Notes under the pieces: generated by a model
The model's database searches: none
Told to the model about the DNA's origin: nothing
Seen by the model: the letters and a program-made list of their open reading frames with translations, nothing else
Program-made: the position numbers and the translations under genes
Shown here: in pieces, positions 1 through 12,011 of the stretch
Layout: each line of letters starts with the position of its first letter
Numbering within the stretch: the stretch's first letter is position 1
Source of the DNA: Macrostomum lignano
Taxonomy: Eukaryota
Assembly: GCA_002269645.1 (NCBI GenBank)
Contig: NIVC01000028.1
Location: 310,001-374,000, forward strand
Length of the DNA stretch: 64,000 nt
Direction: 5' to 3'

Positions 1-255
1 GCATTCTCCTCTATTAAAAGCAACCTTGCTAATACTATTAGACAAAACGATCTTTATCAAACACAAACATCTCACAAAGACACAACACAGTCTCTTATAC
101 TGTCACTATAAAATATGCAACAACCTTCACTATAAACTTACATGTGAGACAACCTTCTCGATACTATAGGACGCAACGATATTTGATACGACACAAACGT
201 CCGTATAAGCTACAAGCAACTCTATAAGACAGTAGGTAGAAAATGCAACACTCAC

Positions 256-643
256 CGGCGTAGGTCAGAGCGAACACCGAGTTCAGGAAGGCGCCGCCAC
301 AATTTTTTTTCCCATTTCCCGAGCAAGCTTTATTGCATCTGGTTAAACTGCGAGGACCGTATCTTCCGTAAGACTCGCCACAAAAACAGTAGCTGGCGTA
401 TTGCAAGCCGAAGTAGGGGAACTCGCCCAGAGAGCAGATGTCGCGGCAAACTTCGTGAGACATGCTCGTGCTCAGGATTCTCATGTCTGCAACGTTAATT
501 CCGTTTATGCTAGTGATGTTTTTCAGTGCGGTCATGTCTCTGGGCCTGCCGTCACCGTAGCAGCCAATGTAGGAATATTCAACGATTCTTGCATCCACAG
601 AAGCAGCCGATACAGCAGCCAGAAATATCTGCAGCATGAGCAT
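256..643 (-). CDS. Exon of a secreted WSC-domain protein (signal peptide + WSC domain); gene continues off the left end of the window
   Basis: ATG at 643 gives MLMLQIFLAAVSAAS (hydrophobic signal peptide). It is followed by YIGCY...C...C...YFGLQYASYCFCG...C...CSGNGKKNCGG, the WSC cysteine pattern. GTGAGT donor at 255. Confidence 0.85.
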
Positions 644-1046
644 TTTGGTCAGTGCCCACGGCACAGTGCGAACTACGCTCGTATGATTTTATCAAGCAAC
701 CATGTGTTTTCAAGGAAATTTCCAGCCACTTATAATAAGCAGTATAACCTGTTTCAAGTGATTTTTTATCTTGCCTGTCAAATATTTGTCAAGAACTACA
801 CGGCGTCTCGATATCCAGCAGGCGTCATTCCATTGGACTCACTTCTTAAGTATTCAATTATGTTTTTTCATCCCTAACGAAAGTCGGCAATTAGTGCCTG
901 AGTGTTATTGCAGAAAGGCGAGACAAGTGTGGCAGATCCATTTTATTGATGAAGTCAGTCAAAAAATCTAATGGCTATACTCAAAACACCAACCGTGACG
1001 AGTTCCCAACTCGAGGGCGAAATTTTAGTACGACATGTACGACATG

Positions 1047-1131
<85 letters not shown>

Positions 1132-1132
1132 G

Positions 1133-1206
<74 letters not shown>

Positions 1207-1207
1207 G

Positions 1208-1248
<41 letters not shown>

Positions 1249-1252
1249 GCTG

Positions 1253-1290
<38 letters not shown>

Positions 1291-1314
1291 GCTACTACTA
1301 CTACTACTACTACT
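1047..1314. repeat. (TAC)n trinucleotide microsatellite with occasional TGC units
   Basis: Direct reading; explains the poly-T/S/L/V/Y ORFs. Confidence 0.99.
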
Positions 1315-2021
1315 AATACTATTACCAAAGCTTAAGTCCAACTCACAATAATCGATTGGAGCTAGGAACGTGTACCTTGACTACTCCGCACATGCTTAAA
1401 GTAATGCTTACTGTATATTTACTCTATTTAAAAAGTAAAAAAATTGTTTGCCTTAATCTCTGCGCCCGATAAAAGAGAAAAAAATCAGCACGCGAAGTTT
1501 CAAAAATACGTTTAGCAGGATAACAGAAGGCTTTATCAAAACAATCCAGTTTTATTCATGCAGCGCTACTCAAAGTAGCACGTCCAACCTGTAAGGAACG
1601 GTTATTTTTTACAGAGAAAGGTCCAGAATCGCATACTTTATTTACAACTCTGCCGTGCTGTTAAGGTCGTTGCGTTAACTAAAAGACACATTTTGGTTCA
1701 TTTAACAGCAGAACTTTAATAGACAGAAATTAGCAGCAAAAGTAACAAAAATTAAGGCAACATTTCTAACAGAAGATGAATAACTAAAACATCCTACTAA
1801 CAGTAGTTAAAATTTAACAGAAATTAACTTATAATAGAACGGCTCAAGTGCAGTAAAACTTTCTGGAAGCTTCTCAAGAAAAACTTAAAGCAAACTTCTT
1901 GATGGCAAAACCTAAAAAGTTACACCCATGGTTTGGTTCCCTAGCGACTGTCTCTCAAATGCAGCAGGCTTAATTAATGAAAATTAAAACAAAACAGAAT
2001 CAGCTGATTTTCGATCAATCT

Positions 2022-2722
2022 ATTACTAATTAAGGACCACAAAAGCAACGTATTTACAGAACGCGACACTCGAAATCTAAGGAAAATGTTTTGAAAGCCA
2101 CTTTTTGTCTAAAAATACACTACGGAGATAGGAAGGTTTCATTTTTTTCAGAACAAAAATTGTTATTGCTTTCGATAAGGGAGGCAGACCCAATCTTCAT
2201 ATTTTGATATGCTGTGCCTTATTTATTGCTCTATTGATATTCACAGAGCTTTTCGTTCAGAAAATTAGGATTCTATGTTAATTTTGGATTCTACGTACAT
2301 TTGCACATATCATGTGCCTGAAAACCATTAAAATGGCACGGCTCAGCTCATTGGTTTAATGAATCTAATATTTTGTCATTCTTAGCTGATGACAAAATCG
2401 ATTCATAAAACCAAAAACTCCGGCTGTGCCATGCATTTTTATGATTTTTAGGTATAGGAAATTTACGTAAAAAAATAAACATAGAATCCTAATTTTCTGA
2501 ACGAAAAGCTTCATGAGTATCGATAGAGTCATAAAGAAAGGCAAGTCATACCAAAAGATGAACATTCGGTCCGCCTCCAATCCAAAGCAATAACAGTTTT
2601 TGTTCTGAAAAATGAAAACTTCCTACCTCCGTAGCGTATTTCTCGACGAAAACCGGCCTTCGAAACATTTTCCATAGATTTCAAGTTTAGCGTTCTTCTA
2701 CTTTAGTAGTCCTTTTTAGTAA
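2022..2722. repeat. ~700-bp imperfect foldback (long inverted repeat with ~9-nt loop), MITE-like
   Basis: GCTTTTCGTTCAGAAAATTAGGATTCTATGTT (~2249-2280) pairs perfectly with ~2478-2509, and TTTTGTCAT 2371-2379 pairs with ATGACAAAA 2389-2397. Pairing continues with mismatches out to ~2022/2722. Confidence 0.8.
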
Positions 2723-2832
2723 AAGTTATGGCGCAAGTCAAAAGCGGGGATAGCTCGTAATGATCAATAAATTGAAAAGACATTACTCAGGTTTAGTTGG
2801 ACAAATCAACACGATTATTTAGTTCTTCAATT

Positions 2833-3641
2833 TCAGTTGCTGCTTGGCTGTTCCTTTGTGGCGCCGTTTCCCTCGGTGGCGCCCTGGCCGCTGGCGCCTG
2901 CAGCGCCGCCGCCCATCAAATCGATGCGCTCGATCACTTCCGTCTCCTTGCGATCTGACACCCTGATGGAGCTGGTTGGCTGTGGCGGAGGCTGCTGCTG
3001 CTGCTGCTGGAGCTGAGGCAGCCGGTGCCGTCGAGTGATCGGCGGCAGCACCACACCGGAGCCTTTGAAACCGGTGCTGGCGCCACCGCTCAGAGCGCGG
3101 AGATGCGGAGGCGCGGCGGTTGGGATCATGGCCGAGGCCTGCAGGATGAGGTTGGCTGGCTGCTGATGCTGCTGCTGCTGCGGAGGCTGCTGAGAGCCGC
3201 CGGTCTTTGCTGGCAGGGGGAGTCTGCGGATGAAGACTGGCCCGGCGCTGCTGTTCAGCGAAGACGATCCGCCAGCATCCGCTGTTGACGGAGGCGGCGG
3301 AGGCGACGGGGACGACAAGGAGGAGGCGGAGACGGCGGCGGCAGCGGCTGCGGTGGCCGCGGCGTGGAAGGCGCGCAGCTGGTCCAGTTCGGCTTCGTAG
3401 GCGACGTTGCGTCGCTCGGAGGCGTCGTACTTGGCTGTCAGGGCGTCCACCTTGGCGCGCAGGTCGGCGACCTCCTTCTCCCGGTTGGCCAGGGCTCGGC
3501 GCAGCTCGTCGACACGGTTGCCGCGCTCGCGATCCAGCAGCGCCAGCTTCGCCGGCCGGGCGACGCCTGCCGTCGCTGCTGTCGTCGCTGGGTCGTCGAC
3601 AGCTGATGCGCTTGAAGACATCGACAGGCGAAAGTTGAGCT
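2833..3641 (-). CDS. Terminal exon of an unidentified coiled-coil protein with a Q/P/A/S-rich low-complexity tail
   Basis: 262-aa ORF with heptad-like RVDELRRALANREKEVADLRAKVDALTAKYDASERRNVAYEAELDQLR, GC-rich codon usage and candidate acceptor TTCTTACCTAG at 3642-3643. Upstream exons not located. Confidence 0.65.
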
Positions 3642-3771
3642 CTAGGTAAGAATATCACAAAGACAGTCGTGGATTTTATGGTGGAAGGACAAAGCTAAGA
3701 ACTCTGTATGACGAAATTTCTACATCATTTTTGGAATCAGTGTTGATACTGATAGCAGTTACTTTAACACC

Positions 3772-3962
3772 TCAGGCACTCATTTTAGCGCCGCAGTCAG
3801 GCACTCATTTTAGCGCCGCAGGCACTCATTTTGGCGCCACAGGCAGGCACTCATTTTGGCGCCATAGACAGGCACTCATTTTGGCACCACAGACAGGCAC
3901 TCATTTTGACGCCACAGACAGGCACTCATTTTGGCGCCATAGACAGGCACTCATTTTGGCAC
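3772..3962. repeat. ~25-bp minisatellite (CAGGCACTCATTTTGGCGCCACAGA), ~8 copies
   Basis: Direct reading. Confidence 0.95.
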
Positions 3963-6794
3963 ACAAGGGAACCAGCAAATGATACACTGGCAAATGAACT
4001 GGAGACACAAACGGGGTGCCATATATTTCATTCGAGGGGTGCCCTGGGAGCTGGCCACATACCTGAGCACTTGGTTTGCAATCGAGACATCTCTTGGTGC
4101 AGACCGCGCAGAGTATCTGCGTGCTGCTCCTGCAGGTACAAAATGCTGCTTTCGAGGCTTCTAATCCGACTTTCTGCTTCCATACTCTGCAAAATATATT
4201 AAAAGAAATTTGTAGTTGATATACATGCATTTTATTATAAGCTATAGCTAACCACTTTGTAAAAGTTTAACATAAATCACATAGGCTATTATGTACTTTA
4301 GTAGTACAGAAAAAAAAATTAACTATTAATTAAATTAAAATTAATCAATTCAACTGGGTCAAATATGATGTTGGTATCTTTCAAAAAGAAACTATCATGC
4401 ATCTATCTTACTAATACTACACCCATAAGTTTTAAAATTAAAAAAATATATTTTAGCTTCCTCAATTTCATGATGGTTCTCGCAATGTTATTTTAGTATT
4501 CAGGATTATCAAGCATGTAATAGATTTTTATTACTATATGATCAATATTTATAGTTACATTGCTTAACTTGTGTAAGGCATAAGAATCCCTAAAGGTTGA
4601 AGGAAGGGGTGTTTGTTTTAGACAGGGTTAGGACAACAAGAATAGGCTGATGAAGACAAAATAAACCAATTAAATCTAATTTATAATCAACTTTTTGGGT
4701 TTAGTTTAACTTCATTACAAATTGAAATATAATTGAAATACGCCGTCCCCCCGCGCCTGATGTAGTTGTAACTTAGTTTAGTCTTGCTTGGAGTAAAATA
4801 AATGTTGCGATCCTATTTAGTGCTAAAATGTTAGTCAATAGATGCTAGTAATAATAGAGTAATAAAAGGATCATTCATTAATTCGTAAACATTTTGTTCG
4901 TAGCTGAAATTTTTTAGCTGAAAAATAACTTCGTATATTAGCATTAGGAATTCCACTTTACAAAAGACAAAAATGATAACTGCTACCGAAAGCAAAAATG
5001 CACAACGTTTACCTTATGTTCGACATACAGTTTCATTTTCTTACCGTAAAATACTTAAATAAGTATTTCACGCTATATTTTTTAAAAAATTGGAAAAAAT
5101 TATTAACACCTGTTAATAATTGTGAGACACTTTGTTATACTTATTATTTACTGTATTATTTGAAATTTGCGAAATTTTGTCTGCATGTGCTCGCCTTATA
5201 AAATTATCATCGTCGACAACGATCGAGTCTTGAATTGGTCACTGCAGCCAATGGTAAATCTCTATTGTCAAATATGTTTGTCACCAAATTGGTAGGTGCA
5301 TGTCCAAGTTTTGGGCGCCAGCATGATTATAAAAAGTGCCAATTTTTAAGCTAGGGGGCAAAAAATTAAGTTTTGGAGGCAGGCACAAACAGACAAACTT
5401 AAGACTAGGTTTTGTTTTTGGTGGCGCATATGTTCTATCAAGCTATATTTTTTTTGGGGGGGGACGCCTTTTCCCCCTAAATCTGCCCCTGTTTATTACA
5501 TTATTTAGCTTTAAATAACTAGCTTAAAAGTATATCTGCATTGATTGCACAGGGACTTCTCTATATAGCATCTGGACTGGAAGCTCTCCACCCGCATATA
5601 CCTTAGACGTTAGAGGGGCAAAAAAAGCCTTCCCAAAATAGGCTAGATCCTAGTTGCACCATATATTAGATAGCATGGCAATTATGCATTTATATTGTTA
5701 TAAAAATCATGAGCATAATAAAAAGTCATTCAGAATGATTTAGATTTCTTTTTGTAAAAAAGAAATACTCACAAATTAGCAGCTACTAGCAGAAGACTTG
5801 CTGGAAAGCTTGGCGATCTTTCGCTTTCCTGCACAATCACTATTAGAAATGTCTTTCACTAAATTTTTCATCATGCAATTAAAGAATGCCTTTGACAGTC
5901 CAGTCTTGATGTCGTGTCCTTTTGTGCAGGTGGTCAGATGTGCAAAGCACTCTAGAAACTTGGCGTTGTCTGTCATCTCGTCAACGAGTCCACAGAAGAC
6001 TTGTTGCTGCTGTTGGGCGCGCAGGAATTCTTTGCGTAGTGATTCCTTACTTTTAATTTCTTTGAAGATTTTCTAGCAATGCGTGGCTAACGCAAAAGCA
6101 AGCTCCCTCGGCTGGCAAATACCACCTCAGTTGATCTGGTCAATGAATGCAGATGCCTGAGGTGGAACCTAATCAACTTCTAGCAGCGACGTAGCTTTGG
6201 ATTCTAGCAGCATGCCTCTGCACGACTCGCATGCTCGGTTTTGCGAAAAATTTCAACCAACTGCAGCGATAACGTAGTAAATAACAGTAAAATCATCTTG
6301 CTGGGGCTCGCAATCCAATTCCAGTAAACTGGACAGATGGCTGACCAGCTCCTTGGTTCGACTACATTCATTAGGTTTGTCAAAGGCGTAGTTGATCTCC
6401 TTTATGGAAAACTTGGAGTACTTCAACAAACTAACTGTTGAGATCTTTCTGCTATTCTCTTTGACTTGCCAAGCTGAAATATAGTAGTTGGCGCCTGACA
6501 TTTGGTAAAGCCACCCAAATCTTTGCTCAATGCAGTCCGATTGGAGTGCTCTAAGGAGCACATAGGCGAAGCCCTATCGATCAAGCAGGTGCATGGCACA
6601 GGCAGCCAGAGTGCGACAAGTTACTCTACATGCCAGGAAAGTCTCCTTGGACAGGCCAGGCAATGCTAATGCTTCCCACTTGTCCAGGAAAACAGCAAAC
6701 TTGTAGAGAAACTACAGCTTCCAGTCCAATGATGAGCAAATCGGGTCCTAGCTTATGTCACGCTTGCGCTTTCCCTTCGAAGGTATCTTTACAT

Positions 6795-6797
<3 letters not shown>

Positions 6798-6827
<30 letters not shown>

Positions 6828-7664
6828 GTTACGCCCCACGCCAGCCACGGGAGTGGCCAAGAGGGGGGAGCGTCAAATCGCGCGTTTCAGAGCCAGGTCT
6901 CTAATGTGCTTCACACCGGCCGTCTGGCTGGGTGCTCGCGCATCTTCAAAAAGGCGGTCGACGTAGCGGGCTGATCGTCCCTGACCACGCCTGCGCAGTC
7001 CCTGCGGGGTCCATAGCAGGACGTCCTGCAGCGGCTCTGGGCAGTAGGCTTCGGCCCGGATGACATGTCTGGCAAGCCGCAGGCGCCGCTGACTCAGCAG
7101 GGCAGAAGGCTGCGTCAGGCCTGTGCGTTTGTACAGGGACTCGGTTGTCTCGCTGCCAGGGCCGCGGCGGGCGCCGAAAGCGGCGCGGACTAGGGCCGCA
7201 TGCGCCGCGTCGAGCTGCGCCTCAAGCGCCCCGGTCAGCATCCAGGTCTCAGCATTGTACAGCAGGGCGGTCTCAACAACCGCCTGGAACAGCTGGGACC
7301 TGGCGCCGTCGGACAGGGCCTCGGAGAGCAGCACCGCCCGCACAGATTGGAAGGCAGCCCAGGCCTTGCCGCGCCGTCTCGCTAGGTCGTCACCGACGTC
7401 CGGCACCAGTCCGCCGAGGTAGACGAACTGAAGGCACTTCGGGAGCGCCGTCCCGGGGCCGTCGCCGTCTCGAAGTCGAATCTCGGCGGGTAGATCATGC
7501 GGCACCGTCAGCACCTCGGTCTTCCTGGCGTTGATGACGAGACCGACCCTCGCTGCCGCCGCAGTCAGGCCGTCCAGCAGCCGTTGGGCGCCTTCGGCCG
7601 TGGAAGACAGCAGGGCGAGGTCGTCCACGTAGCCAAGGACAGACAGTTTCTTCTCCGGGTGCCA
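6798..7664 (-). mobile_element. 5'-truncated RTE-clade non-LTR retrotransposon (RT C-terminal half + tail)
   Basis: RT motifs GYVDDLAL, GLVINARKTEVL, FVYLGG, ALLYNAETW. (ATT)n 3' tail at ~6798-6828. 11-bp TSD CTTTACATTTA at 6787-6797 and 7665-7675. Confidence 0.92.
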
Positions 7665-7992
7665 CTTTACATTTAGTATGTGCCATAGCTTCAGTACTAG
7701 GCTAATGAAATCTGCAGTAGCTTTCCAGGCCTTGCCTTGCCATTCTGAGTAATAGAGAAGTGCATCTCGGGTAGCGTCATTAAAGACAGCAACTGCCAAC
7801 TTGACAGAAGTTCTCTCGATGCTCTTTGGACTCAGTACTATCAGGTTCAACTTGTATGCTAACTTCAGTGGCATCAATGCTTCCAGCTTGTGGAGTTGAA
7901 CAATGTGCTCAAAACGAGCTTCGCGAGCATTAGGCAGTAGTGGAGTTGAAGGAAAGCTAAAGACTCGCCGAGTTTGAAAATTGTTGTAGATA

Positions 7993-9340
7993 CAAGGGTC
8001 ATCCCAAAAGTTCTCTGTATTTGTGTATAAGACTAAAACAAAATACAATATTGCTTAAAAAACTAGTTCAGCTGATAGTCAAACATCCAGTCACTCAGTG
8101 TATTGACCGTCAAGCTCAATGCACTTCGTCCAGCGTGTCACCAAGCCGTCAATGCCGGCACTCAAACCGCGCTTGGCCAAGCTGATGCACTGCTGATGAA
8201 AAGTGCCATCGAGCTCCTCCACAGAAAAAAACCGATGGCCCCGAAGCTCGTTCTTGACCTGCGGAAAGAAGTAAAAATCGCATGGCGATAAGTCCGGTGA
8301 GTACGCAAGGTGTTCGAGAATTTCCCAGTCGTACTCCTCTATGAGAAGCTGCACGACTGCTCGACAAGTGTGCGGAGCCGCGTTGTCATGCAGAAGAATT
8401 AGGCCTTCTCCTAGCAAATTGGGGCGCTTCTTGCGAATGGCAGGCCTCAGATGATTGCAAATGAATGCTGTGTAGTACTCTCCATTGACTGTAGTGCCAT
8501 GTGGCACAGCGTGATCAACCAGGAGCCCCTGCGCATCGAAGAAAACAATGTGCATCAACTTGATCGGCGTCTGACTTCTGATTGCCTTCGCTGGCCGCTG
8601 TTCGCCCTCACCAATCCACTCTGCTGACTGACGCTTCAGCTCAGGCTCAAAAGCCCTGGCCCATGTTTCATTGCCAGCAACAATGCGATGCAAGAACTTG
8701 TTGCCCTGGCAACGAAATCAACGGAGATGCATCGCAGAAATCCGCATTCGGTTGCTAAGCTGCTCAGCTATCAGCACATGCGGGATCCATTTTGCAGCCA
8801 CTTTGCGCTTGTGAAGCTGCTCTGTCAGAATTCTGTGCACAGTAAAAGCGCTGATGTCAGACAGTTCAGCGAGTTCCTCACAGGTCAACCGGCTGTCCTG
8901 CTCAAGCCATGCGCTGACAAGAGCCACGTGCTTGTCATCACGAGCAGTACTCGGACGTCCTGTTCGTGCAGCATCTTGGACTTCGGCTGAGCCGGTCTTG
9001 AACTGCTTGTGCCACTTTTTGACTGTCTCGTATGATGGACAGCAGGGTCCCAGTACATCTTGCAGGCTTGAGTGCGTTTCGGTGACCGATTTTCCCAGCA
9101 GCAGGTGAAATTTTATAAGTTGGCAAACATCCGTTTTCAAAAAACTTTCTTGCATGGCCATTCGATCCATAAGTGCTGATTTAATTTGGCTGCTGAAATC
9201 AAACAATGCAGAATTTTCTGTCAAAAATTTTGGACTTTGCTCAGCTCTTATACAATTCTGAATGCCTGCATTTTCAGGGCCAGCTTTTACCCCAAACATA
9301 ATTTACAGCCCAATGCAGAGAACTTTTGGGATGACCCTCG
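7993..9340 (-). mobile_element. mariner (Tc1/mariner) element, 1348 bp
   Basis: ~28-bp TIRs C(A/G)AGGGTCATCCCAAAAGTTCTCTG at both ends. TA TSD at 7991-7992 and 9341-9342. Removal restores the host transposase frame. Confidence 0.95.
8091..9170 (-). pseudogene. mariner transposase, inactivated (in-frame TGA at 8718-8720; first catalytic D is N)
   Basis: HTH region, WIPHVL, GNETW (normally GDETW), HDNAAPH, YSPDLSPCDF. Both ORF halves are in the same frame. Confidence 0.92.
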
Positions 9341-12011
9341 TATTTTTCAAATTGTGCACAGGGTCAAAAAAGACAAAGATGGGCTGGCCGGTTACTTCAT
9401 CTAAAAACGATGGGTTGAAGCTACTGCCACACAATCCCTTTACAAATTTGCGGTTCACAGCGGTGTTGTCAACGGACACGGCAACAACGGTAAATGACAG
9501 CCTTCTTAGCATATCCATGGCTTGCTGAAACCATTCAGTCAGCTTCTTTGCCATCAAGGTTGCCACCGCATGCATCACCACCATATCTTTGTATGGCCCA
9601 GCTACAGAGTTTACCATGAAGCAGCAGATTGTTGAAGCAACAGCACCATCTTTGCTTATTCCAGTTACTTGACCATTGCTGTATTCAACCTGGCTGGCTA
9701 TGTAAATCTCATCAATTACAAGTGTGACAGTCTTCTCAAACTGGGATAACTTCGATGCTCTCAACTGAAGGTAGCTTTCGATGTCTAGACCATTCTTTAA
9801 ACCAACTTTGGCTGAAACAGACCAAAGGGTTCAATCAGATGGAAAACAGAGGACATCCTGCTCCAGTATTGTCTTATAAGCTAAAGCGCTGGTGGAGTAC
9901 AGAAGATAAGCAAAGATCATGAGCTGCTGTGAATATCTCCTTCTGCAGCTTGGTTGCCTGCTGAGTTTCAGCTGCTCCAAAATGAAGCCAACAGTGCGAT
10001 TCTCAACAAGATTCTCCACTTCTTCCAGAAGATCTTGGGCCATGTCAAGCATACAGTTCGCCTTACCTTCAGCTTTGGCACTGTCAGTGTCTACCTCCCA
10101 GTTCTTGACTCTGGACATTATGTTGACTAGTTGACTGAGAGTCTATACTTTCCCGTCCAAAAGTAAGTCTCTGAGTCAGGTTGGCTTTAGCAACACTCCA
10201 TTGACTCCAATAGTGATGCTGTGGTCCTTAGCCATGCAGATGTAGCAGGAGACATGAAAGGAAAGCTCCATGTCCAGCATGTAGATGCAGAGCTGGTCAG
10301 CAAGCATGGTGGTATGAAATCCTGCCGGTTTTCCTTCCTCTCAATTTAGTTTTAGCTGCACTTCATCAAAGTCATCGTCTACGATTGAGTCCGCATCTCT
10401 GAACTGATCAATTTGGCCTTGCAATGCAGTATTTTCTCTCTCTAAGCGCTGAGTTGATGTTGCCGCAGTTGACCTCGGTTCTGCCTTGGCAGAAGAGAGA
10501 TAAGGAGTATTTGGGAAGATAGATGGCACCACCCCTGGCTTCAGACACCACCTCGACAGTTGGTCCCGGCCCTTCTTGCAGCTCGCGTTGGTGTCCAGAG
10601 AGTTTTCCACAAAGTCTTGGGGGTGGAAGTGCGCAGAGCAAATGGTTGAGCTCTTGGTAGGCTCGAAATTCTGCCTTGGATTTGCTTGCTTCCATTGTTC
10701 AAGAAGGACTGCATTGTGCATAGGATAGCCATGAAAGCTCAGTCGCTTGTTCAAGGAGGCTCGATTAGTGCAGCCCTGTGCTGAGCACAACTTAACCATT
10801 TTGTTTGTACAAAATTTTCAGTGCTTGAAGCAACTGTAGCAGTGTTGTGAATTTGATGAGGCAAGCACTGAAGGCAAAATTTTCTTTTTTATTTGTACAG
10901 TACAGCCAGCTTGTCAGTATATATAGAACATGGGAGTGGGACTCCCACTTATCACCTCGAGTCATGACTCAGTCCGAATAGCAGACTAGTTTTCAAGATA
11001 AACATACATGTTAAAGATTCATTGTTGGGGGATAAACTTTACCCCACGAGCTCTTCCCTGCATGCCCCTGAACTTTGCTTCCTTTCTGTGTACAGTGTCT
11101 GTCATGTTTATGGCCAGCTTGATAGTTAAATTTTTCCTGTCTCCTTTCCACCTTCTGGGTCTTTTCTTCTTTTGCCCCGGTGAGATATAGAGTCGGAAAA
11201 AAATTGCAAAGCTTCCAGTCCAGATGCTATATAGAGAAGTCCCTGGATTGCATATGATGTATAATGTATGCATTGCAAGTAAGAAGTAAATAACTTAAAT
11301 AAGTTTGATAGAAGTTAAAATGACATAGAAGCTAATAGAATTGGTATAATCTTTTTTATTTTTCTCCTAGACATTTTTCTGGCTATATAATATAGTTTTT
11401 GTAATATATTCAAAACACAAAAATAAATAGGCCTAAGACAGGCCTAGTGCCTAAGTAATGGCAGACCTGGTCTAACCAATATTTTTGTGGTAAAAATTTT
11501 GTATGTTACACTTATAGTTATAAACATTTAACTAATTATAGGTTTGTATTATTTATAGGTTTGGTCAATATGTATTTATTATAGATCTGGCTCTGGGTAA
11601 ACTTGTCAACTTTTTAGTTTTTATTCATCTATTATATTGAAAAAAAGGTTAAAAAAGTTTTTTTATAGAGGATTTTAGTTGTTTAGTTCAAAAGAGCTTT
11701 ATTGTTAAAGTCAATGCTAAGGTCAAAAAAGCAATTGTCTAATTAGAAGTATCCTAAAAAGTGAATTTTATATTGAAGTGAATAGAATTGAAAACTTGAA
11801 AAGTTAACAATTAGATCTTAATTATTTGTCATCCAATATGGCAAAGGTATCATCAACATAGTATAGTACAAGTCTATCTAGTTATTATTCTAACAAGTCA
11901 TATAAACATCTAAAAGAGTAGGCCTATGAGCTTATTGACTAGGCTCCCTACCATTGTTATCGCTTTCATTTATGGCAGTAATATTTGTTACTTATTACAA
12001 ATAAGTAATAA

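Larger units (their letters stand above)
5776..10799 (-). pseudogene. THAP9/P-element-like transposase, interrupted by stops and by the mariner and RTE insertions
   Basis: THAP zinc finger MVKLCSAQGC...W...ICSAHF...VVPSIF (10341-10799). Core motifs LVIDEI, VSVDN, FFDPVHNLKN|IYNNF (restored on removing the mariner), LNVK|IPSKG (restored on removing the RTE) and QSDCIEQRFG..QMSGANY. Confidence 0.9.
5550..11245 (-). mobile_element. THAP-domain P-superfamily DNA transposon, complete ends, decayed, with two nested insertions
   Basis: Perfect 36-bp TIRs CAGGGACTTCTCTATATAGCATCTGGACTGGAAGCT at 5550-5585 and 11210-11245. 7-bp TSD GATTGCA at 5543-5549 and 11246-11252. Internal THAP + transposase coding remnants. 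Confidence 0.93.

Noticed and set aside
946-1351. Poly-Thr/Ser/Leu/Val/Tyr ORFs (mucin-like)
   Set aside because: All frames of a (TAC)n microsatellite; no splice or flanking coding support.
6873-8048. 391-aa ORF that looks like a novel transposase-RT gene
   Set aside because: Chimera of mariner end sequence, P-transposase fragment and a 5'-truncated RTE, each delimited by its own TSD.
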